Origin: Candidatus Bathyarchaeota archaeon
Lineage (GTDB): Archaea; Thermoproteota; Bathyarchaeia; Bathyarchaeales; Bathycorpusculaceae
Direction of reading: 5' to 3'
DNA length: 64,000 bases
NCBI GenBank assembly: GCA_963768425.1
Contig: CAVYHV010000014.1
Span: 128,001-192,000, forward strand
The notes beneath the pieces are model-generated. The model made no database searches. It was not told where the DNA came from and was given only the letters and a program-made list of their open reading frames with translations. Shown one piece after another: positions 21,113 through 31,900 of the stretch. The position numbers and the translations under genes were made by a program. Position 1 is the first letter of the stretch. Each line of letters starts with the position of its first letter.

Positions 21113-21136
21113 CGATATGCTTATTTAAACATAACG
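21113..21136. promoter_or_regulatory. Putative ModE operator bracketing the tupA TATA box
   Basis: CGATATG-N10-CATAACG palindrome enclosing TTTAAATAA (minus strand), 16 bp upstream of tupA. Confidence 0.7.
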
Positions 21137-21203
21137 GTGCAACTAAACGTTCTTATCACTATACTGCACAAAAAAGCAAAAGGGCGACAAAAACACAAAG
21201 CAC

Positions 21204-21428
21204 CTAAACGGGCAGCTTTCGTTCTTCCAGCAACTCGCCGAGAATTACCAATGCTTCTGCAAGCGGCATCCCAAGTCTTTCAGCCAACTCAGACGCGGTC
21301 ACATCTGCTTTCTGCGGCAAAATGCTCGAGCGGGTGTAAGCTTTATGGGTTGGGTACATTACTGAAGCGTGAATGGCTTCGACAAGCAACTGCCAAAGCC
21401 GATCTTTTGTGTACTCTTCGGGATTCAT
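21204..21428 (-). CDS. Small HTH-containing hypothetical protein
   Basis: TASELAERLGMPLAEALVIL. Confidence 0.7.
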   Translation of the reverse strand: MNPEEYTKDRLWQLLVEAIHASVMYPTHKAYTRSSILPQKADVTASELAERLGMPLAEALVILGELLEERKLPV

Positions 21429-21544
21429 GTGTGTTCAAACATGCATGTGTTAATGGAGTTATTAACCTAACGCAAAGCTAAAGACTATGTGCAATAAACT
21501 TAATACCTTGCCTTCGCCGATGGAATATTAGAGGTTGAAGTTTT

Positions 21545-22516
21545 TTGAGGGCAGTTGTTTATAGCGGACCACACAAAATCAATGTTGAAGAGGTCCCTGA
21601 ACCCAAACTGATAGGCAACAGGGTTCTTGTGAAATTTAAAGCTGGAAGCATCTGTGGCACCGATATGCATCTCTACAAGGGTGACTGGAAATGGATGAAG
21701 AAAGGCAGAATCCTTGGGCACGATGCTTGGGGAGTGCGCGTTGACACGGGCGAACGTGTGATTATGGTTCCTATCGTTAACTGCGGGCATTGTTATTTTT
21801 GCCTGCGGGGATTGCCCACTTACTGCACAAAAGGTAAGTTTTACGGGTTGACTCGGGACGGTTTCTTTGCCGAATCAAAAGCGATGTTGCCAAGAAGCTT
21901 AATTCCTGTACCTGAAAACGTCAGCGATGAAGAAGCAGCGGTCGTGGAGCCTGTTGCCTTGGCGCTTCGTGTGCTCGATTACATGAAGCCGAATCTTGGC
22001 GATTGGGTGACGATTATTGGGCAGGGACCGATTGGGTTGCTTATGACGCAGGTGGCTCAGTTGAAAGGTTGCCGCGTTATCGCGGTTGACCTGGATGATT
22101 ACCGGCTTGAATATAGCGAGAAGTTTGGTGCAGACGCGGTTGTTAACCCAAAAGACGAAGATGTTGTGAATGCGGTTAGGAAGCTAACAAAGCATGGTTC
22201 AGACTTAGTTATTGAAGCTGCAGGGAATAGAGAAACTGTTGAGCAGACGCCATTTTTGGTTAGGAAGGCTGGGAAGGTGGCTCTGGTAGGTGAATCGAAG
22301 GGGTACTTGAATTTGGAGGATGCTGATGAAGCATCGTTTTTTACAATTTATATTTCTCCTGTTGAATATCCGTCGGCTGTGGAGCTAATCGCTAGAAAAC
22401 TGGTGGATGTGAAAGGTCTCATAACCCACAGGTTCAAGCTTTCAGAATTTGAGAAAGCCTTGCAAACCGTCGACACTCCGGCAGAGAAACCTCTCAAAGT
22501 GATAATAACAGCATAG
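21545..22516 (+). CDS. Zn-dependent alcohol dehydrogenase (MDR family)
   Basis: ICGTD, GHD, CGHCYFC..C, GQGPIG. Confidence 0.93.
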   Translation: MRAVVYSGPHKINVEEVPEPKLIGNRVLVKFKAGSICGTDMHLYKGDWKWMKKGRILGHDAWGVRVDTGERVIMVPIVNCGHCYFCLRGLPTYCTKGKFYGLTRDGFFAESKAMLPRSLIPVPENVSDEEAAVVEPVALALRVLDYMKPNLGDWVTIIGQGPIGLLMTQVAQLKGCRVIAVDLDDYRLEYSEKFGADAVVNPKDEDVVNAVRKLTKHGSDLVIEAAGNRETVEQTPFLVRKAGKVALVGESKGYLNLEDADEASFFTIYISPVEYPSAVELIARKLVDVKGLITHRFKLSEFEKALQTVDTPAEKPLKVIITA

Positions 22517-22627
22517 CTTTTCAAACTTTCACCATCAAGGATTTGCTGCACCCAATCATCTCAGGTGAACCGGGAAACTCAACATTTTATAATATAATGA
22601 TGTAAACTGTACTGAAGAGGAGCGCTT

Positions 22628-23425
22628 GTGTGGGAAGCGTTTTTGCCCGTTATCGGATTTCTAATCGGGCTGGTCTCAGTGATGGTTGGGCTCGGGGGAG
22701 GATTCTTAGTTGTCCCCCTGTTGACCTTGGTCTACGCTTTTGCTCCAGCGAACGCCGTCGGAACTAGCTTAGCAACAATTCTAATGACAACAGCTGTTGC
22801 ATCAGCGTACTTTGCAAAACAAAAGCAAACTTATTACAAAACGGGCCTAATCTTGGCTGTAGCCGCAGTTCCCGGGGCGATCTTGGGAAGTTACTTGACA
22901 GCAGAAGTGTCAGGGCAGATGATAGGCCTGCTTATCGGTGTTTTCTTGGTTTTTGTGGCGTGGCAAATGGCCAGTAGAAAAGGCGCAACGAATAGTTGTG
23001 AAAATTCAGAAGTTGATTCGGGTTTTTCTGAAAAAGAATTGCTCTCCAGAAAGAAAAGCGTGTTGTTTGGGCTTGTTCTCTGTTTTTTTGCAGGTTTATG
23101 TGGTGGTTTGCTGAGCATTCCAGGGGTGCTTCTGGTCCCCATTATGGTTTTGGTTTTGCGTATGCCATTTAAGACCGTAGCGGCAACTTCGGTTTTCATA
23201 ATGGTTTTCATTTCGTCAGCAGGGGTTGCTCAACATATCAGTTTAGGAAACATCAATCTTGAGTATGCGTTGCTTATAGGGTCTGGCTCGATGTTTGGAG
23301 GATTAATCGGTGTACATCTTTGCAAAATCACCAAGAGCCAAACGTTGCGTTGGGTTTTGGCAGGATTGCTTCTTTTTATTAGTTTACAGATGTTTCTAAA
23401 GTTCGGTTTGGGATTTAATTATTAG
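22628..23425 (+). CDS. TauE/SafE family exporter
   Basis: GLGGGFLVVP, AVGTSL, AATS; duplicated 4-TM halves. Confidence 0.9.
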   Translation: MWEAFLPVIGFLIGLVSVMVGLGGGFLVVPLLTLVYAFAPANAVGTSLATILMTTAVASAYFAKQKQTYYKTGLILAVAAVPGAILGSYLTAEVSGQMIGLLIGVFLVFVAWQMASRKGATNSCENSEVDSGFSEKELLSRKKSVLFGLVLCFFAGLCGGLLSIPGVLLVPIMVLVLRMPFKTVAATSVFIMVFISSAGVAQHISLGNINLEYALLIGSGSMFGGLIGVHLCKITKSQTLRWVLAGLLLFISLQMFLKFGLGFNY

Positions 23426-23615
23426 ACGGCAAATTGGTTGGAAAAGCCATCATGCAAACTTGCCATGCCTCAGTTTTCTCATTTACTATGAACCAGTTAA
23501 AAATGAAAAGTCAACAAAATTGCGTATTGCCCCGTATCTCAGAAAAAAGAAACAAACTGCAAAAATCTTTTATTCATATCATGTTTAAGTTACGTAAATA
23601 CGTACTTGAGGGATA

Positions 23616-26258
23616 AAATGGCTTCTTTTCCAACAAGCAAAAAGAAACTAAAAAGGAAAACGGAATCGGAACAAACTGGCACTAAGCGCAAGAAAACTGA
23701 AGATTCTCCAAAAGAGGCCAGGGAGCAAACAGAGTTTGACAGGAAACGCTTGGAAACCATCTTGGAGACGATTCCTTCAGCTGTGGTCATTATTGACGCC
23801 CCAAGCGGAAAAATCTCATACGTTAACAAACGTGCCATGCAGCTCTACGGTTTTGACACGTTAGGTCTTGGCTTGGACGAAAACGCGGCGAAAGTTAAGG
23901 CTAGGCGAGCGGACGGAACCGACTACCCAATCGAGGAAATGCCCGTAAGCCGTTCCCTAAAGTTCGGTCAAGAAGTGCGCAACGAAGAAATGATAATCGA
24001 ACGTCCCGACGGACAAGCCTTACTTATAGCCGCAAGCACGGCACCGCTAAGTGACATGAAAGGCAACATAACTGCAGCCATCGTCGTATTTGAAGACATA
24101 ACCGAACGCAAAAAGGCGGAAAAAGATCTGTTTAATCTCGCAAAGTTTCCGTCAGAGAATCCCTTTGCGGTGCTTCGAATCAACAGGGACGGCACGGTCA
24201 TGTATGCGAATGCAGAAAGTCGGCGGCTACCAAAACCAATCAGCGTTGAAGTCGGTGACATCGTCCGTCCGCTTTGGCTTAAGTATGTAACGGAGGCCTT
24301 ATCGTCTAACAGCAGGTCAGATTTTGAGGAAAGTGCTGAAGGCCGATGGTTCGAGTTTAAGGTAGCGCCAATTCTTTCCGAAGGTTATGTCAATATTTAC
24401 GGATCAGATATTACTAAACGCAAGGAAGCTGAAGAAGCAGCCAGAAAAGGCGAAGCTGCAATCGTTGCTTCAAAATATGCCAGAAGCCTAATTGAAGCCA
24501 GCTTAGATCCGCTGGTAACAATCAATGCTGAAGGCAAAATTACGGATGTCAACAACGCCACAGAGAAGCTACAGGATGCTCCAGAGGCAAATTATTGGAA
24601 GTGATTTTTCTGATTACTTCACTGAACCAGAAAAAGCCAAGCAAGGCTACCAAGAAGTTTTCGTCAAAGGATTCGTAAAAGATTACCCTTTGGCAATCCG
24701 CCACATATCTGGAAAAGTCACTGACGTCTTATACAACGCCACCGTTTACCGAAATGAAAGTGGAAAGATTCAAGGGGTTTTTGCAGCAGCGAGGGATGTT
24801 ACCGAACGAAAGAAAGCGGAAGCAGCGGTGCAGGCAGAACGGAAACGATTGTTTGATGTCCTTGAAACGCTTCCTACAATGGTTTGCTTGCTGACACCCG
24901 ATCATCATGTTGTTTTTGCCAACCGAAGTTTCCGCGAAAAGTTTGGCGAATCTCAAGGCAGGCACTGTTACGATTATTGTTTTGGAAACAAAGAGCCATG
25001 CAAGTTCTGTGAAAGCTTTGTTCCGTTCAAAACGGGGCAGCCTCATCATTGGGAAGTTAAAGCGCCAGATGGAAGCGTAATTGACGCCTACGATTACCCA
25101 TTCACTGACGTTGACGGTTCAAACTTAATCCTTGAGATGGACATTGACATAACGCCACGCAGGAGAGCCGAGGAACAGTTGCGCACCGCTTCATTATATG
25201 CAAGAAGCTTGCTGGAAGCCAGTCTTGATCCGCTGGTAACCATTAGCTCAGAAGGAAAAATTACCGATGTGAACAAGGCAACTGAAGACGCAACCGGATG
25301 TTCCCGTGAATTATTAATCGGAAGCGATTTCTCAGACTATTTTACCGAACCAGAAAAAGCTAAGGCTGGCTACGAAAAGGCGTTTACAGATGGCTTCGTG
25401 AAAGATTATCCGTTAGCAATACGGAACAAATCGGGAAAAATAACAGACGTTTTGTACAACGCAACAGTCTACCAAAACGCCGAAGGAAAAAACCAAGGAG
25501 TTTTCGCAGCCGCAAGAGACATCACCCAACGAAAAGCCATGGAGAACGAGCTCAGACAAACACTTGAAAAACTCAGACAGTCCAATGCCGAACTAGAGCA
25601 ATTCGCTTACGTTGCGTCGCATGATCTTCAGGAGCCATTGCGCATGGTTGCAAGCTATGTGCAGTTACTCCAACGTAGATACCAAGGAAAACTTGACGCG
25701 GAAGCCGACGAATTCATCGCCTACGCGGTTGATGGCGCCAATCGGATGCGCGGATTAATCGACGACCTTCTGACCTACTCACGTGTTGGAAGACTTGGCA
25801 AACCCTTCGAACCGACGAATCTCGATTCAACATTGAACATCGCTCTCAAGAATCTGCAAGCGTCAATCGCAGAAAACAAGGCCATTATAACACACGACAA
25901 ACTCCCAGTCCTCAAAGCCGACGGAGGACAGCTTGTTCAGCTATTCCAGAATCTAATAGGAAACGCTATCAAATTCCACGGTGCAGATCCTCCTTGCATT
26001 CATGTGTCAGCTAAAGATAAAGGAGGAGAAATTCAGTTTTCCGTGAAGGATAACGGTATAGGCATCGACCCGCAATACTTCGACCGATTGTTCAAGATTT
26101 TCCAGCGTCTTCACACCCGAGAAGAATATCCTGGGTCGGGAATTGGATTGGCAGTGTGCAAAAAGATCGTGGAGCGGCATGGGGGGCGAATCTGGATTGA
26201 GTCGGAACTGGGGAAAGGTTCAACTATTTATTTTACACTAAGTAAAAAGAAAGTGTGA
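23616..26258 (+). CDS. Multi-PAS sensor histidine kinase (frameshifted near 24570-24590)
   Basis: Five PAS/PAC-like domains; FAYVASHDLQEPLR H-box, NLIGNAIKF, DNGIG, GSGIGL. Confidence 0.9.
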
Positions 26259-26262
26259 GAAT

Positions 26263-26703
26263 ATGAATGAAGTTAGGCCCGTCGATATTTTGCTTGTGGA
26301 AGACAATCCCGGCGATGTTCGGTTAACCAAGGAAGCGCTGAGAGACGCGAAAGTGCTGAATGAAATCTTCGTTGCCAGAGACGGTGTTGAAGCTATGGAA
26401 TTTTTGGGTAGAAAAGGACGATTTTCAAAGGTGCCTTTGCCTGATTTAATATTGCTTGACCTCAACTTGCCCAGAAAAGACGGACGCGAAGTATTGGCTG
26501 AAATCAAAGAAGACCCAATTCTCAAGCATATCCCAGTTGTTGTGTTGACGACCTCTAAGGCTGACGAAGACATAGTCAAAACCTACAACCTACACGCCAA
26601 CGCCTACATAACTAAGCCAGTTGACCTCAACCGATTTGCAGAAATCATCCATGTACTCAACGAATTCTGGTTCACAATAGTCAAGCTGCCGCCGAAGGAG
26701 TAA
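26263..26703 (+). CDS. Single-domain response regulator (Rcp1-like)
   Basis: LLVEDNPGD, LLDLNLP, LTTS, YITKP. Confidence 0.95.
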   Translation: MNEVRPVDILLVEDNPGDVRLTKEALRDAKVLNEIFVARDGVEAMEFLGRKGRFSKVPLPDLILLDLNLPRKDGREVLAEIKEDPILKHIPVVVLTTSKADEDIVKTYNLHANAYITKPVDLNRFAEIIHVLNEFWFTIVKLPPKE

Positions 26704-26721
26704 CCACCGATCAAAATTCTT

Positions 26722-28122
26722 TTGATTGAAGATAACCCAGGCGATGCCCGCCTAATTAAGGAAATGTTAAAGGAAGAAAAATTCTCAGCTGAGAACTTGG
26801 AGCATGTTGAAAGACTTTCAACGGCGCGAAGCCTTCTAGCCGAAGGCGCCACAGATGTGGTGTTGCTGGATTTAGGTTTGCCTGACAGTCAAGGGCTCGA
26901 CACCTTTGAAAAGGTGCATTCCGCCCACCCACAAGTGCCCATCGTAATATTGACTGGGTTAAAAGACGACACTCAAGCCGTCGAAGCAGTCCGCAGGGGA
27001 GCACAGGACTACCTCAGCAAAGGAAAACTCGACGGACCACTCTTAGCCCGCGCACTAAAATATGCGGTTGAACGCAAAAAACTGGATGAAGCCGTCCAGA
27101 GGCAAGCTGACCTCATCGACCTCAGCCCAGATGCTATAATCACAAAAAAGCCTGATGACACCGTTACTTTTTGGAGTTTAGGCGCAGAAAAAATGTATGG
27201 CTATACAAGAGCCGAGGCTCTTGGGAAAAAAACACGGGCGCTTTTCAGAACAAAATTTTCGTCGCAGATGGAGAATATTGAAGAGCGACTGAAGAAAGAG
27301 GGAAAATGGTCTGGCGAGCTCTGTCACGAAACAAAGTCTGGATGTGAGTTGTCAATTCAAAGCTATTGGCAGGCGAGGTTTGACGAGAACGGTAACATGC
27401 TAGAAATCTTCGAGTCTAACGTGGATATAACTGAACGCAAGAACGCGGAGCGGCTGGCTGCTATTGGCGCAACTGCAGGCATGGTTGGGCATGACATCCG
27501 CAATCCGCTTCAGACAATTGCAGGCGAAGTGTTCTTGGCTCAGGGTGCATTAGTCGGCGTGCCCGACGGGGATTGCAAAGCAAGCCTTGAGGAAAGCCTT
27601 GACATCATCGAGCACCAGACAGAATACGTGAACAAAATCGTTCAAGACCTCCAAGACTACGCCAAGCCAATCAAGCCAGTCATAAAAGAAGTAGATTTGG
27701 AGAATGTCTGCGAAGAATTGCTTTCAAAAGCTAAAGTTCCCCAGAACGTTTCGGTGTCATGCCAAGTTGAACCTGAGGTTAAGCTTTTGTTGTCTGATCC
27801 CGACATAATTAAACGGGTTATGGTTAATTTGGTGACGAATGCAGTTCAAGCGATGCCTAAAGGCGGAAAACTCTGCATAAAAGCTTACCTGGACGGCAGC
27901 GACACCGTTCTAGTCGTTGATGATACAGGCTGCGGAATCCCCCAGGATGTTGGCGCAAAACTCTTCACACCACTATTTACGACAAAGGCTAAAGGTCAAG
28001 GCTTCGGATTAGCAGTTGTTAAACGAATGACGGACGCTTTAGGCGGCACTGTGAAGTTTGAAAGCGAAGTCGGGAAAGGAACCAAATTTTTTGTCCGTTT
28101 ACCCAAAGCAAAAAGCGAGTGA
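26722..28122 (+). CDS. Receiver-PAS-histidine kinase hybrid
   Basis: EDNPGD/LLDLGLPD receiver, PAS, GHDIRNPL, NAVQAM, GQGFGL. Confidence 0.92.
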   Translation: MIEDNPGDARLIKEMLKEEKFSAENLEHVERLSTARSLLAEGATDVVLLDLGLPDSQGLDTFEKVHSAHPQVPIVILTGLKDDTQAVEAVRRGAQDYLSKGKLDGPLLARALKYAVERKKLDEAVQRQADLIDLSPDAIITKKPDDTVTFWSLGAEKMYGYTRAEALGKKTRALFRTKFSSQMENIEERLKKEGKWSGELCHETKSGCELSIQSYWQARFDENGNMLEIFESNVDITERKNAERLAAIGATAGMVGHDIRNPLQTIAGEVFLAQGALVGVPDGDCKASLEESLDIIEHQTEYVNKIVQDLQDYAKPIKPVIKEVDLENVCEELLSKAKVPQNVSVSCQVEPEVKLLLSDPDIIKRVMVNLVTNAVQAMPKGGKLCIKAYLDGSDTVLVVDDTGCGIPQDVGAKLFTPLFTTKAKGQGFGLAVVKRMTDALGGTVKFESEVGKGTKFFVRLPKAKSE

Positions 28123-28260
28123 AAACTGTTTTTTTCGCGTTCCAATAGTATAGACCTCCATGAAATAATGCAAACTTTCGACTGAGAATTTTACCGCAAA
28201 GTATATTGCTCGTCGAGTTAGTGTTAACCCCAGTTTCGATTTGACTGGGAGCCAACATCT

Positions 28261-28947
28261 TTGCCAATAGAAGCAGTAATATTTGATTTAGACGGAACCC
28301 TTGCCAACTTCAACCTGGACTTCAAAGCGCTGCGTGCAGATGTGAGAAGCCACCTAATAAGAGCAGGCGTCCCAACATCAGTCCTGACCGTTAACGAAAG
28401 CATATTTGAAATGCTGAAAAAATCCGAAATATTCTTCAAAAATGGCGACAAAACGAATTCTGCCAAAGTTTTTGAACAAGTTCGCACTCAAGCTTTGGCT
28501 ATAGCTGAAAAATACGAAATGGAAGCCGCTACAACAACAAGCTTGCAAACAGGCGCCGTTGAAATGTTGAAAGAACTGAAGGCCATGAGTCTAAAGATTG
28601 GTTTATGCACCACAAACAGCGAAAAAGCGGCGAAGTACATTCTTCAACGCTTCAAAATCGAGGATTATTTTAAAACGATTGTCTCTCGAGACAAAGTCAA
28701 ATACGTCAAGCCGCACACGGAGCAGTTCGAGTTAGCGCTTAAAGCGTTGAGCGCAAAGGCGCAAGGAACCGTCATCGTCGGCGACAGCGTCGTTGATATG
28801 CAAAGCGCTAAAGAACTAAAAGCCATCGCCGTGGGAATTCCAACGGGCACAGCTACTTTAGAGCAGCTTAAGAAGGCCTCTTCAAACTTCATTATAACTT
28901 CTCTAAGTGACCTGCCAATGCTCATCAAAGAAATAAATAAACCTTAG
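28261..28947 (+). CDS. HAD-family hydrolase
   Basis: FDLDGT, TTNS, KP, VGDSVVD. Confidence 0.92.
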   Translation: MPIEAVIFDLDGTLANFNLDFKALRADVRSHLIRAGVPTSVLTVNESIFEMLKKSEIFFKNGDKTNSAKVFEQVRTQALAIAEKYEMEAATTTSLQTGAVEMLKELKAMSLKIGLCTTNSEKAAKYILQRFKIEDYFKTIVSRDKVKYVKPHTEQFELALKALSAKAQGTVIVGDSVVDMQSAKELKAIAVGIPTGTATLEQLKKASSNFIITSLSDLPMLIKEINKP

Positions 28948-31900
28948 GCAACGGTAACGACGCCTTCTTTGATTATGAGTTTTCTGTCCCTGACGAGTCG
29001 CCTAAGGATTTCGGTAAACACGTCTGGAACACTTTCAGCTGAATGGTTAAGCCCAAAAACCCTTGCGGTCTCCCAAATCAGCGATTCTTGGCTAATCCCC
29101 AACGCGTAACGTGTGACGAGCAACATTGCGGATTCGACTTCTTCAGGTGGAATGTATTCGGCTCTGCGTTTTGACTCAGGAATGCCTTGTACTGGAACCC
29201 GAATCGGGGTTTCTTTCAGATTGGGTGACCAAAGGAAGCTGCCTTTAAGCACCACTTTTTGTTCCTTCAGCAGATTGCTTAGTGCTCCTTTTACAGAGTG
29301 AGTTATCTGCGGCGTCACCTGTTTTATTCCCCATGCAGCTGCTAAACGCTCCACGGCGTAATCAAAGTGAACGGGTCCTTCATTTTGGACGAGTTCAATG
29401 AGGAGTTTGGTTTGGTTTTCTCGGTTTTCTGGAAAGTGAAACTGGTTCTTCTGTTTCGAATCCATTGAGCCGTTCGTTGAAGCGACTTTAATATACGGGT
29501 TAAATGAAGCTTTGAGAGGGTAGATTTTGTAGGGGATACCGATTTTTTCTATGCCTGCAAACTCGATTTTCTGCACGTCGGTCCTTGGTGCCATACCTTC
29601 TTTTACTTCAATTACTGGTTTTTGCGTCTCTTTGTCAAGCTGCTGTTTGCTGGCTTGCTCCAAGTTTTCTTTTAGCCGTCGGATTTCTGAGTCGCGTCTT
29701 GCAACCCAAGCCGGAGACCAAACACGGTGAATACGCCAGCCCAGTTGTCTTAGGACTTGTTCGCGGAGACGATCTCTGTCTCGTGCACTGCTGCTTGATT
29801 TGTATGAAACTCCGTCGCACTCTACGCCGAGCAAAAAGTTTCCTGGGTTAACTGGGTCGACTACACCGATGTCTATTCTGTAGCCGCTGCATCCTACTTG
29901 CGGGACAACTTCGTAACCCATCTTCTTGATTTCCGCAGCCACATCCTCGTCAAGAGCTGATTCAAACTCTCCTTCTCGGGCCTTAACCGACTCCAACGTT
30001 TCAGGTCCGTGCTCTGCGTAGTCAAGGTAGTACCGTAGGGTTTGGACGCCGACTGCTTTAGTTTCAGGGTCAACGTCGGTAGCTTTGATGGAGGCTACTA
30101 GAACGACTTTTTCTCGGGCTCTTGTGACTGCAACGTTCAAGCGTCGCTCTCCACCGGGTTTGTTGAGCGGACCGAAGTTCATCGCCATTTGCCTTTGATC
30201 GTCGTAGCCGTAGCCGACGCTGAAGAAGATTACGTCCCGCTCGTCGCCTTGAACGTTCTCCAAGTTTTTGACGAAGAAGCCTTCCAAACGGTCTTCTTTA
30301 AAGAAAGATTCGAAGTTGGGTTGCTCTTTAAGTCGACGATCTATAGCGTCTTCAACAGTTTCCATCTGGGCTATGCTGAAGGTCACAACGCCAAGGGTTT
30401 TCTTTGGGTAAAGTCTGAAATGTTCGAAAACAAGGTCCGCTACTTTTTCTGCTTCTTTAAGGTTGTTTCTTTTACCACCTCGGTCGTAGATGCCGTCTGG
30501 GACATAAACCAGCTTAACGCCTAAAGTATCAACTTGGGCTTGCGCAGCTGGGAAAGTTACAAGGGTATCATCGTAGAAACGATAGTTCGAAAACGCAATT
30601 AGACTTTCATGCTTGCTGCGGTAATGCCAGCGTAATGTTTTTACTGGTAGCCCTATGCCGAGGCACTCATCAAGTATGCTTTCGAAGATTTCTACGTCTT
30701 CGTCGCTGAGTTCATCCCAATCTACATCGTCAATCAGGCTTTTCTGGAAGAAAGATGTGGGCGGCAACTGCTTGTTATCGCCTGCGACAACCAGTGTTTT
30801 TCCGCGGTAAATTGAGCCGATGGCGTCTTCGGGAACAATTTGGGAAGCCTCGTCGAATAGGACGAGGTCGAATTTGCTGTCAGGCGGGAGGAATTGGCTG
30901 ACGCTTATGGGACTCATCAGTAAGCAGGGTTTCAGTTTGACGAGCAAGTTGGGGATTTTTTGGAAGAGCACTCGAATCGGCATAAGCTGCCTCTTTTTGG
31001 CGGCTTCTTTCTGAAGAATTGCAGCCTCCGTGTCGGCTGCTTGAATTAGAATGTCTTGGGGTTTACGGCTGTTTGCCTTTTCGATGACCATGCTGGAGCT
31101 CAGTCTGATGAGGCTCTGGTCGAGTTTTTTGAAGTCTGCGATTAACTGCTCATGGTTTTCCCATCTGAACCTGCCCAACGCAAGATCTTCATTGTATAAG
31201 GTGTTGATCCATTCTTGGTAAACTCCTTTGCGGAATACATCAATTAAATCCGCTGCCGGAAGTTTCTGTTCAGCAAGGCGATTAAAGAAAGGTTCTAAGC
31301 CTCGGAGGGCAAAGCGGTTTTTGATGTCTTTGAAGTCAACCCAAACTTGAATGTCGTCAACATGGTCGCGGAGAGTTTGGATGCGTTCGCCGATAACATT
31401 TATTTTCAAATCCTTTAGAAACTGGTTTTGGTACTTCATCGGCGACTCGAAACGAGCCTCGAAGCCACTTAGAACTTTCAAGGAAGCATCCCGTTTTTCG
31501 ATCAACTCAGTGTTGGATGGAGCTGCTGAGGGACCTTGAGCTGCGATTTGTGCGAAAGCTTCGGGAACCGCAATGTCCTGGAAAGCTGCCTGTACTTTTT
31601 GTGCCCATTCTAGAACAGTAACGATGTCTTGCCAGTTTGTTTCAAGTTCGTTGAAGCGTGAGCCGAATTTTTCGTGAAGCTGCACTTTTTCCCCGACGAT
31701 AGCGGTTTCTTTCTTGCGTACGTCTTCGGCGTTTTTGAGGTCTTCCAATAACTGCTTGTAGCTTTTGGGTTCCTCTTTAGATGTGGCAAGGGCATCCTTT
31801 GTTAACTCGCATAGTGAGCTCAATTGTTTTTCTGTTTCGCTAGCCCATTCTTCAATCAGCGACAAAGGTGTTTGCGTGAGTGTGGTTGTTGATTTTGGAA

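Noticed and set aside
21716-21724. GHD instead of GHE in the Zn dehydrogenase
   Set aside because: Conservative change with the other ligands intact; too weak to imply a new function
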